From IMG/VR virus record IMGVR_UViG_3300008117_000060: a stretch of DNA of 20,000 bases. One strand, given 5' to 3'. Positions 7,220 to 14,747 of this stretch are shown in pieces. The number at the start of each line of letters is the position of its first letter. Position 1 is the first letter of the stretch. Made by a program: the position numbers and the translations under genes. This DNA comes from an uncultured virus (IMG/VR IMGVR_UViG_3300008117_000060) (lineage: Duplodnaviria; Heunggongvirae; Uroviricota; Caudoviricetes). The notes under the pieces were generated by a model, which saw nothing but the letters and a program-made list of their open reading frames with translations, was not told the origin of the DNA and searched no databases.

Positions 7220-8290
7220 ATGCAATTAATTGTTGAAGCTCCAATTAATTCCCTTTCCTTTGGAAATGTGGCAATTAATCTACTGCGCGAGATGTGGCGC
7301 AAAAATATGCAAGTTGGTCTTTTCCCCATTGGAAAAGTTGACCCATCTGCTCACAATCTTGAACCAGAGTTCTCCAATTGGCTTCAAAACGCAGTTAATA
7401 ATCGGTTCTTATACTTGAAGAAAGAAGTGCCAAGTTTGAAACTTTGGCATCTAAACGGTAGCGATAATCGCAAAACTGAAAAGCAATATTTAATTACTTT
7501 TTACGAAGCGTCTCAACCAACATTTGTTGAAAAAGCCCTCTCCAATCTACAGACAAAAACTCTATTTTGTGGAGATTATGCCGCAAATGCCTTTAGGAAA
7601 GAAGGTTGCGAAAACATCGCCTCATATAAACTTGGATTTGACCAAACCTTTCATGTCACTGGTAAAAAATACTTGCCAGAAAGAATTCACTTTGGACTCA
7701 TGGGCAAGTTTGAAAATCGCAAACATACTGCTAAAATCATTCAAACTTGGCTAGAAAAATATGGTAATAATCCACGCTACTTGTTAAGTTGCTGCGTTAC
7801 AAATCCATTCTTGCCGCATGAGCAAATGAAGCAGATTTATGATTCTGTTCTTGGAGGAAAGAGGTATAGCAACATCAACTTCTTGCCATTCCTTCAAACC
7901 AATGCGGAAGTCAATGATTTTCTCAATGCTATTGACATTGACCTCACTGGCTTGAGTGGAGCAGAAGGTTGGAACTTGCCAGCTTTCAATGCTACTTGTT
8001 TAGGTAAGTGGTCAATTGTCTTGAATGCAACCGCTCACAAAGATTGGGCCAATGAAACCAACACTATTCTTGTTGAACCTAATGGTATGATTCCAATTTA
8101 TGATGGAGTTTTCTTCCGCGAAAATGACATGTATAATCAAGGAAATATGTGGAATTGGAGTAAGGAATCTGTGATTTCTGCGTTTGAAAGAGCAGAGCAA
8201 AAAGTTGGAACAGTTAACGAGGCTGGCATTCAACTCTCCAAAGAACTAACCTACGAAAACACTCTTAACCAAATCATCTCTCACCTATGA
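7220..8290 (+). CDS. Glycosyltransferase, GT-B fold (GT4-like)
   Basis: NSLSFGNVAINLLREM N-terminus, MGKFENRKH, LSGAEGWNLPAFNATCLGK (EGF-GLP-E-type motif variant), ILVEPNG. Confidence 0.85.
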   Translation: MQLIVEAPINSLSFGNVAINLLREMWRKNMQVGLFPIGKVDPSAHNLEPEFSNWLQNAVNNRFLYLKKEVPSLKLWHLNGSDNRKTEKQYLITFYEASQPTFVEKALSNLQTKTLFCGDYAANAFRKEGCENIASYKLGFDQTFHVTGKKYLPERIHFGLMGKFENRKHTAKIIQTWLEKYGNNPRYLLSCCVTNPFLPHEQMKQIYDSVLGGKRYSNINFLPFLQTNAEVNDFLNAIDIDLTGLSGAEGWNLPAFNATCLGKWSIVLNATAHKDWANETNTILVEPNGMIPIYDGVFFRENDMYNQGNMWNWSKESVISAFERAEQKVGTVNEAGIQLSKELTYENTLNQIISHL

Positions 8291-8532
8291 AAGAAGACCT
8301 AGTATTAGAAATCCAAGCGCCTGGATATAAGAAAAACGAAATTCAAATCGAATTCGATAACCGCTACTTAATCATTTCAGCAAATAGCGAAAAGTATGGT
8401 TCGAGTTATCTTGCAGAAACTATTCCTCAAGCTTATGAGATTACCAGCACTTCTGCTAAACTTGAAGATGGCATCCTAGAAATCAGGATTCCTCAAAAGC
8501 CAAAAGAAACAAGAGTTGTTCAAATTCAATAA
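8287..8532 (+). CDS. Minimal small heat-shock protein (Hsp20/alpha-crystallin domain)
   Basis: LVLEIQAPGYKKNEIQIEFDNRYLIISA ... SAKLEDGILEIRIPQK...VVQIQ (includes the IxI-like tail). Confidence 0.85.
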   Translation: MKEDLVLEIQAPGYKKNEIQIEFDNRYLIISANSEKYGSSYLAETIPQAYEITSTSAKLEDGILEIRIPQKPKETRVVQIQ

Positions 8533-8536
8533 TAAG

Positions 8537-8564
8537 AAAAGCGGGTTGAAAAACCCGCTTTTTT
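8537..8564. terminator. Intrinsic terminator hairpin, potentially bidirectional
   Basis: AAAAGCGGGTT-GAAA-AACCCGCTTTT followed by a T-run, right after the hsp20 stop. Confidence 0.8.
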
Positions 8565-8574
8565 GTTTTAAAAT
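8546..8574 (+). promoter_or_regulatory. Putative sigma70 promoter TTGAAA-17-TAAAAT overlapping the terminator
   Basis: TTGAAA 8546-8551 (stem end plus loop), 17-nt spacer, TAAAAT 8569-8574, 4 nt, then ATG 8579. Confidence 0.6.
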
Positions 8575-8578
8575 GGTT

Positions 8579-8962
8579 ATGCCGCTATACTGCTATCGTA
8601 ACCCGCAAACTGGTGAAGAGATTGAAATCATTCAAAGAATGAATGACATTCATGAATTCGTTGATTCAAATGGACTAAAATGGGACAGAGTGTTTTTTTC
8701 GCCCAATGCAAGCATTGATACAAAGATGGATGCTTTTAGTCAACAGAAGTTTGTAGAGCGCACAGCGGCCAAGAAAGGTTCTTATGGAGACTTGCTTAAT
8801 TATAGCGCAGAAATGAGTGCTCAACGAGCAGAGAAAGCTGGCGGTGTTGACCCTGTTAAAAAGCAATACTTGGAAGACTATTCTAAAAAGAGAAATGGTG
8901 CAAAACACGCCTCAGAGCAACCTAAAACCATTGAGAGCAAAAACATTAAGGTCGAATTATGA
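8579..8962 (+). CDS. FmdB-like (degenerate zinc-ribbon) phage protein
   Basis: MPLYCYRNPQTGEEIEIIQRMND...WDRVFFSP follows the FmdB N-terminal pattern MPxYxY..G..FE..Q.M..RV.S but lacks the CxxC pairs. Confidence 0.6.
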   Translation: MPLYCYRNPQTGEEIEIIQRMNDIHEFVDSNGLKWDRVFFSPNASIDTKMDAFSQQKFVERTAAKKGSYGDLLNYSAEMSAQRAEKAGGVDPVKKQYLEDYSKKRNGAKHASEQPKTIESKNIKVEL

Positions 8963-9519
8963 ACATCCCTAAGTTTACTGATAAGGGTTTTTATAAAACA
9001 AAAATTCCAGAAAAATCATGGCAAATGATTCAAGAGGTTTTGGCCAATCATATTAATGAGCGAGTTCCAGAATATTCTGATACCCTAAAGCCAGACTTAA
9101 AAGGGTGGATTAAATCAAGTCAATTTGAAGTTGCCACAGACCTACTTTGCTTGCAGAGATTTCCAGAACTTAAAAAACAAGTTATACTAGAAATGTATGA
9201 TGCTCTTTCATCTTGGTCGGGTGCAAAACTAAACCCCAAAGGAATCATTTACGGCATTCGCTTCTATAAGAATGGGGCCACTTTAGGAATGCATGTGGAT
9301 AAAAAAGAAACGCATCATATTAGTGTAAACATGAGCGTGGCATTAGATGGGCAACCTTGGCTATTTGACATTGTGGACCATTCTGGAGTTGAGCATCAAG
9401 TTTTAATAGAACCTGGAGAATGTGTTTATTATGAATCTGCTCTCTGTCTTCATGGACGTAAAACATCGTTTAACGGCAATTATTATGCCAACATGTATTG
9501 TCACTTCACACTAGAATAA
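8959..9519 (+). CDS. 2-oxoglutarate/Fe(II)-dependent oxygenase (prolyl-hydroxylase-like)
   Basis: YGIRFYKNGATLGMHVD (HxD), ISVNM, PGECVYYES..CLHGR (distal His). Confidence 0.85.
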   Translation: MNIPKFTDKGFYKTKIPEKSWQMIQEVLANHINERVPEYSDTLKPDLKGWIKSSQFEVATDLLCLQRFPELKKQVILEMYDALSSWSGAKLNPKGIIYGIRFYKNGATLGMHVDKKETHHISVNMSVALDGQPWLFDIVDHSGVEHQVLIEPGECVYYESALCLHGRKTSFNGNYYANMYCHFTLE

Positions 9520-10136
9520 TGTTTTTTTCGGTCTATAAAACCATCTTTGTGCATATTCCTAAAACTGGAGGTTCCAGTTTAGAATTTGCTATTTGTAAAA
9601 AACATCTTCCAGAAAGCTCCAACTTAAACGAAGACTCTTATAAGATATTCACCATCAGAGGCGCAATGTGTTGCATAGAAAAAAACACGCCTCGCGGACA
9701 CCCTCATAGTTATATTTCAGAGTATCACAAATTCTTACAGATTAATTCTTATTTAAAATTTACTGTATTAAGAAATCCATTTGATCAGGTTACTAGCCTA
9801 TATAACCAGATGAAATCGTCCATGAAGATTCCTTCATTGGAGCACTTCATCTTATCAGATGAAAAGAACTCATTTCAGAATTTAAATCACTACATTAATC
9901 AATACGAATACACTCACCTTAATGGTGAACTAGCTATTGATAAAGTATTTGTTTTTGATCGTTACCATGAAGCGCAGGATTTTGTAGAAAAACAATTTGA
10001 CTTAAAAATTGAAAGAGATAAAAAACTTTGGGCCACAACATATACTGGAGAGTCTTGGTCCAAAGAAATGAAGGATAAATTTACTTCTGTTCATTATCAA
10101 TCTATTGCTTTATATCATAGATTTTTGAAACAGTAA
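9519..10136 (+). CDS. Sulfotransferase family 2 protein
   Basis: 5'-PSB motif FVHIPKTGGSSL and 3'-PB motif LRNPFDQVTSLY; TAATG coupling to the oxygenase. Confidence 0.88.
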   Translation: MFFSVYKTIFVHIPKTGGSSLEFAICKKHLPESSNLNEDSYKIFTIRGAMCCIEKNTPRGHPHSYISEYHKFLQINSYLKFTVLRNPFDQVTSLYNQMKSSMKIPSLEHFILSDEKNSFQNLNHYINQYEYTHLNGELAIDKVFVFDRYHEAQDFVEKQFDLKIERDKKLWATTYTGESWSKEMKDKFTSVHYQSIALYHRFLKQ

Positions 10137-10139
10137 ATT

Positions 10140-10145
10140 TACTAT
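10140..10145 (+). promoter_or_regulatory. Candidate -10 element TACTAT 5 nt before ATG 10151
   Basis: TACTAT-CCTAT-ATG, nearly identical to TATTAT-CCTA-GTG at 855-843; no good -35. Confidence 0.35.
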
Positions 10146-10150
10146 CCTAT

Positions 10151-10609
10151 ATGAATCTCGCCTTCTACAAGCCAAATAGCAAAAATACTGGTTGCGCCTT
10201 TTCTTTCCAACTATCTTCCAAAGGACAACCAACCGTTTATGTAAACGGTATTCAACAATTCTCTTGGAATGAGCAAACAAAAAATGGATCATTTTCTGGC
10301 AACCAAAAGAACCCTGAAAAGACCATAGCCATTAAGCTCAACGAAAATGAGATTGGTGGATTGATTCATGCAATTCGCACTTATGGCGAATGGAAAGCTT
10401 TTCACTCATTTGAAGAAAATAAAACTCAAATCTCTTGGACTCGATACAAAAAGAAAGATGGCGCAGATGCCTTCTCGTTCTCTGTTTCTCGCAACGGCAA
10501 TCAAAAATTTGGCATGGGTGTAGAGCTTTCAGAAGCAGAAGCTCTAAGAGTGTTTCTTGAAACCTGCCTAGTTAAAATTTTTGAATCAAAAGCCCAAGCC
10601 TCAGAATAA
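10151..10609 (+). CDS. Putative Whirly/PC4-fold nucleic-acid-binding protein
   Basis: FYK..., IAIKLNENEIGGLI, KAFHS, DGADAFSFSV and MGVELSEAEAL run parallel to plant Whirly motifs in the same order. Confidence 0.6.
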   Translation: MNLAFYKPNSKNTGCAFSFQLSSKGQPTVYVNGIQQFSWNEQTKNGSFSGNQKNPEKTIAIKLNENEIGGLIHAIRTYGEWKAFHSFEENKTQISWTRYKKKDGADAFSFSVSRNGNQKFGMGVELSEAEALRVFLETCLVKIFESKAQASE

Positions 10610-10610
10610 C

Positions 10611-12500
10611 ATGAGAAAAAAAAGAATTCTATTTCATACTAATTTTTCGCGACTCTTTACTGGCTTCGGGAAAAATAATAAAAACATTTTACGCAAACTG
10701 CATGAAACTGGCAAATATGAACTCATAGAATTCGCTAATGGCTTGCCTTGGGATGCGCCAGATTGTAAGTTTCAACCTTGGCAGTGCTATGGTTCCATGC
10801 CAAATCCAAATGTCATGGCACAAATTAAGGGAGACGCTGGAAAAGAAAGAGCGGCCCATTATGGTGCTTACGGCATTGACAATGCTATTGAAAAATTAAA
10901 GCCAGATGTTTATCTTGGCATTGAAGATATTTGGGCCTTTAATGGTTTTTGTGACAAGCCTTGGTGGAATCACATCACCTCAATCATTTGGACCACGCTA
11001 GATTCGCTTCCAATCCTTCCTGACGCTGTTGATGCAGCGCCAAAGGTCAAGAACTATCTTGTATGGGCCTCGTTCGCAGAAAAGGCTTTAAAAGAGATGG
11101 GATATGGCCATGTGAGAACACTCCCTGGAACTCTCGATGTCAACCAGTTCTACAACCTTGGTCCAAAAATTAAAAACGACCTGAGAAAAAAATTCAATAT
11201 CAAAGATAACTTTATTATTGGGTTTGTGTTTCGCAATCAGCTTAGAAAAAGCGTCCCAAATCTTTTAGATGGTTTTTGTGAATTCAAAGCAAAAAATCCA
11301 GAATCAAAACCCAAGCTATTGCTTCATACTCACTGGATGGAGGGATGGGATATTCCAAGACTCTTGAGAGAAAAGAATATTGACAATTCTGATGTTTTAA
11401 CAACATACTTCTGCAAGAATTGCCGCCAATACGAAATTAAGCCATATCAGGGCCAAGACTTGAACTGTCCATACTGCAAAGCTCAAAAAAGCGTTTCCAC
11501 AACCAATATTGTTCATGGAGTCAATGAGGCTCAATTGAATGAGGTTTATAATCTTATGGATGTTTATTGTCATCCATTCACAAGCGGAGGACAAGAGATT
11601 CCTGTTCAAGAAGCCAAACTCGCTGAACTCATCACGCTTGTTACAAATTATTCTTGCGGCGAAGACTACTGCACAGATGAGAGTGGAGGCTTGCCCTTGG
11701 ATTGGTCAGAGTATCGTGAGCCAGGAACTCAATTTATTAAGGCATCAACCAGTGCATTTAGCATTTGTAAACAATTAGAAAAAGTTTACAATATGAAGCC
11801 TGAAAAACGTGCTGAAATTGGCAAAAAGGCCAGAGATTTTGTAATCAATCATTGCTCTATTGAGGTTGTTTGCAAGCAATTAGAAGAGATGTTTGATAAT
11901 GCGCCTTTTGTTGAAGATTGGAGCATTCAAGAGAGAGTTAAAAATCCCAACTATCAACCTCCAAATATTGAAGATAATTGTGAATGGATCATTGACTTAT
12001 ACAAGAATATTCTTGGAGAAACAGTTGATCGCAATCATCAAGGCTGCTTGCATTGGATTGAAAGGCTCAAATCAGACCTTAATAGAGAGCAAGTTTTAAA
12101 TCATTTTAAAAATACTGCTGCTAAAATTGAACCCAAAACAATTGATATTGGAGATGTTTTGGATAAAGATGATGAAGGAAAAAGAATTGCTGTTGTTATG
12201 CCTCAATCTGCTGGTGACGTATTAATGGTGAATGCGTTGCTAGAAAATTTGCAAGAACTTTATCCAGACCATCATATTTACTTTATTACGCTGCCACAGT
12301 TTTTTGAGATTGTAGATGAGCATCCATGCGTTCACAAAATTTTACCATATTCGCCAATCTTTGACAATCTTCTTTTCTTGGAAGGGCAAGGTGAGCACAA
12401 AGGATATTTTGAACTAGCGTTCTTACCTTTCATCACAACACAAAGACATTTTACCTATCAACATAATGGAAAAGACCGAACTCAATTGCAATTTCATTAA
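10611..12500 (+). CDS. Multidomain glycosyltransferase: GT4 with Zn-ribbon insert + DUF4214-like helical module + N-terminal half of a GT9
   Basis: GFVFRNQLRKSVP, YNLMDVYCHPFTSGGQEIPVQEA (GT4); CKNC..CPYC; LYKNILGETVD..GCLHWIERL..REQVLNHF; RIAVVMPQSAGDVLMVNALLENLQELYPDHHIYFIT (GT9 N-domain). Start ATG 10611. Confidence 0.85.
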   Translation: MRKKRILFHTNFSRLFTGFGKNNKNILRKLHETGKYELIEFANGLPWDAPDCKFQPWQCYGSMPNPNVMAQIKGDAGKERAAHYGAYGIDNAIEKLKPDVYLGIEDIWAFNGFCDKPWWNHITSIIWTTLDSLPILPDAVDAAPKVKNYLVWASFAEKALKEMGYGHVRTLPGTLDVNQFYNLGPKIKNDLRKKFNIKDNFIIGFVFRNQLRKSVPNLLDGFCEFKAKNPESKPKLLLHTHWMEGWDIPRLLREKNIDNSDVLTTYFCKNCRQYEIKPYQGQDLNCPYCKAQKSVSTTNIVHGVNEAQLNEVYNLMDVYCHPFTSGGQEIPVQEAKLAELITLVTNYSCGEDYCTDESGGLPLDWSEYREPGTQFIKASTSAFSICKQLEKVYNMKPEKRAEIGKKARDFVINHCSIEVVCKQLEEMFDNAPFVEDWSIQERVKNPNYQPPNIEDNCEWIIDLYKNILGETVDRNHQGCLHWIERLKSDLNREQVLNHFKNTAAKIEPKTIDIGDVLDKDDEGKRIAVVMPQSAGDVLMVNALLENLQELYPDHHIYFITLPQFFEIVDEHPCVHKILPYSPIFDNLLFLEGQGEHKGYFELAFLPFITTQRHFTYQHNGKDRTQLQFH

Positions 12501-12858
12501 AGAAGGATGCAAAACTTCACACTATGTCCCTAAAGGATGGGGATATGAAAAATGGTTAGTAAATCGCGATGATTATTGCGGCAAACTTCTTTTTCTTTTT
12601 AAAGGAAAAAAGCTTTCTTGGCATTACCACGAAAAGAAAACTGAAACCTTCTATGTGAACAAAGGCTCTGTTGTTCTTTATTATGGAACTGGCAACGATA
12701 TAAATGCAGCTATCATGCAAGAGCTTTATGAAGGAGATATTTTTCATGTTCCAGTTGGTTTGCGGCATCGCCTATTAGCTTTGGAAAATTCAGAAATTAT
12801 TGAGTTTTCCACTCACCATGAGGATAGCGATTCTATTCGCATTGAAAAAGGAGATTAA
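12466..12858 (+). CDS. Cupin protein (mannose-6-phosphate-isomerase type II C-terminal-like / sugar isomerase)
   Basis: VPKGWGYEKW, LSWHYHEKKTETFYV, FHVPVGLRHRL, IIEFST..DSDSIR. Confidence 0.85.
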   Translation: MEKTELNCNFIKEGCKTSHYVPKGWGYEKWLVNRDDYCGKLLFLFKGKKLSWHYHEKKTETFYVNKGSVVLYYGTGNDINAAIMQELYEGDIFHVPVGLRHRLLALENSEIIEFSTHHEDSDSIRIEKGD

Positions 12859-12859
12859 T

Positions 12860-14023
12860 ATGAGTCATTTAATACAAGAATACGCTAAAAGTTTAGGGGT
12901 AAAAATCGGCAAACCAATTTTCCCCACCCACTACATTCCTGTGATTGACGATAAATATATCACGGTTCATGTGGATAACAAAATTGACTCAAAATTTTAT
13001 GAGTTCTTTCCAGAAGTTATTGAGCTTTTGAAGAATTTGCTGCGACCACTTGGATACAAAATTTATCAAATTGGCGGCGGCGATGATCCTCAGTTGCCTC
13101 TTGTTGACAAAGCTTTCCTTGGTTTCTCCAGAAAGCAAACATCATACATTGTTAAGAATTCAAGCCTTCATTTGGGAATTGATAGTTTTCCTGTTCATCA
13201 AGCGAGCGCTTTTGATGTGCCAATTGTTGTTCTTTACTCTCACATTTATCCAAGCCATGCCAATCCGTATTGGAGCACTCCAAGCAAAGTTCGCATCTTA
13301 GAGGCTGATCGCGGTGGCCGTAAACCAAGCTACACTTATCACGAAAAGCCCAAATCAATCAATACCATTAAGCCAGAAGATGTTGTTAAAAATGTGTGTG
13401 AATTGTTAAATGTGCCATACACAAAAAGCATCAACACCAAATTCATTGGCGAACTTTATTCACAAGCTGTTGTTGAAATCATTCCAGACTTTTATGGCTT
13501 TGCCGAAGAATTAAAAAATAGACTCATCAATATCAGAATGGATTATTTTCATAATGAAAACAATCTACTTGCTTGGTGCTCAAACTATGCTTGCCACGTT
13601 ATAGCGAGTCAACCAATTGAGACTAATCTCTTAGCTCAGTGCAAAAACAATATCAAAAAAATCACTTTTCAAATCCAAAACACAAAAGACTTTTCCAAAG
13701 AATATTTAGAATCAGTCAAGAACTTGGGTTTAGATATTTCTTGTTCAACTAAAAATAAAGAAGAGTTAGCAGAGATTCGTAATTTTTATTTTGATTTTAG
13801 AGTTGAACTTGACGAACCACCAAATCAAGAAAGAGTAAGTGAGCTATCTCAAATTCCAAATTTGAAATTTTTGACCAAAAAGGATATTTTTTCCAGCGGC
13901 AAGCGTTATCCTTCCAAAGCTCATGTTGATTGTGATCAAGTTTTTGTTGACAGAGCATCAGATGTGATCTATAATGAATCATTCTGGACAGATTTAGATC
14001 ACTATTTTATTTATGAATCCTAA
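12860..14023 (+). CDS. GT9 (heptosyltransferase-like) C-terminal domain + unknown C-terminal domain
   Basis: HLIQEYAKSLG, YITVH..SKFYEFFPEVIELL, IYQIGG, LHLGIDSFPVHQASAFDVPIVVLYS, INTIKPEDVV; lacks the GT9 N-terminal GDV domain. Start ATG 12860. Confidence 0.8.
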   Translation: MSHLIQEYAKSLGVKIGKPIFPTHYIPVIDDKYITVHVDNKIDSKFYEFFPEVIELLKNLLRPLGYKIYQIGGGDDPQLPLVDKAFLGFSRKQTSYIVKNSSLHLGIDSFPVHQASAFDVPIVVLYSHIYPSHANPYWSTPSKVRILEADRGGRKPSYTYHEKPKSINTIKPEDVVKNVCELLNVPYTKSINTKFIGELYSQAVVEIIPDFYGFAEELKNRLINIRMDYFHNENNLLAWCSNYACHVIASQPIETNLLAQCKNNIKKITFQIQNTKDFSKEYLESVKNLGLDISCSTKNKEELAEIRNFYFDFRVELDEPPNQERVSELSQIPNLKFLTKKDIFSSGKRYPSKAHVDCDQVFVDRASDVIYNESFWTDLDHYFIYES

Positions 14024-14747
14024 CAAATACAAGCGTAACGAAATGGGCCTTATCGAAGGCGTTGAATATAAATTCAATGAAGACGGCTCAATTAACTGGC
14101 GAGCAATGATCAAACCAGAGCATTTATATCCTAACAAGGATTGGTTTGAAACTCGTAAAATGCAAATGCCAGATTCAATTGAAGGTCTTGGTGATCATCA
14201 GCTTCTTATTAAGCTTGCAGGCATCAAAGAACTAGCTCGTTTTCGTGGTCTTGAAACTGTTCGTTATACAATTAACACTGTATCTTCAAATTACGCAACA
14301 GCGGTTTGCGAAATTCGTTGGATGCCAAACTATGAAACAAATGGAATTTCCCAAATTTTCAGCAGCACCGCAAACGCCACGTTTGACAACTGTTCAGGCT
14401 TTGGCATTAAGTTTCTTGAGACTATCGCTGAAAATCGCGCTTTTGTTCGCGCTGTTCGCAATTATCTCAATATTCATATTGTTGGTGATGATGAAATTGA
14501 TAAGTCTAAAAACAAGGTCGCTTATGAGGAAAGCGAAGCAATTGTTCAATCGCTAACACCACAGAACGCTCTCAAGAATGCAGCTAAACAAAATCTTGGC
14601 TGCGCAGATTTTGAAGCTTTCAAAAAGCATTTGAGGAAGATGTGGAAAGACGAAACCTATAAGAATGAAGAGGCTGCAAATTGGAACTCTTTCGAAGATA
14701 TTCCAATTAAAGAAAGCCGTAAGCTATTGTCCCTTGTGACAAAATGA
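14013..14747 (+). CDS. Putative single-strand annealing protein (Rad52/Sak/Redbeta superfamily-like)
   Basis: IKLAGIKELA, ATAVCEIRW, SSTANA, IAENRAFVRAVRNYLNIHIVGDDEID match the SSAP core pattern, followed by a linker and a small helical C-terminal domain. Confidence 0.55.
   Translation: MNPNKYKRNEMGLIEGVEYKFNEDGSINWRAMIKPEHLYPNKDWFETRKMQMPDSIEGLGDHQLLIKLAGIKELARFRGLETVRYTINTVSSNYATAVCEIRWMPNYETNGISQIFSSTANATFDNCSGFGIKFLETIAENRAFVRAVRNYLNIHIVGDDEIDKSKNKVAYEESEAIVQSLTPQNALKNAAKQNLGCADFEAFKKHLRKMWKDETYKNEEAANWNSFEDIPIKESRKLLSLVTK

Noticed and set aside
9323..9333. Third GTGTAA followed closely by ATG
   Set aside because: It lies inside the oxygenase coding sequence (S-V-N-M) with a 2-nt spacing, unlike the 8-9 nt at real starts; likely chance.
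8959..9519. TET/JBP-type DNA base oxygenase
   Set aside because: The motif spacing (IRFY..G..L.MHVD ... HGR) fits the prolyl-hydroxylase-like phage group; TET/JBP-specific features were not recognised.
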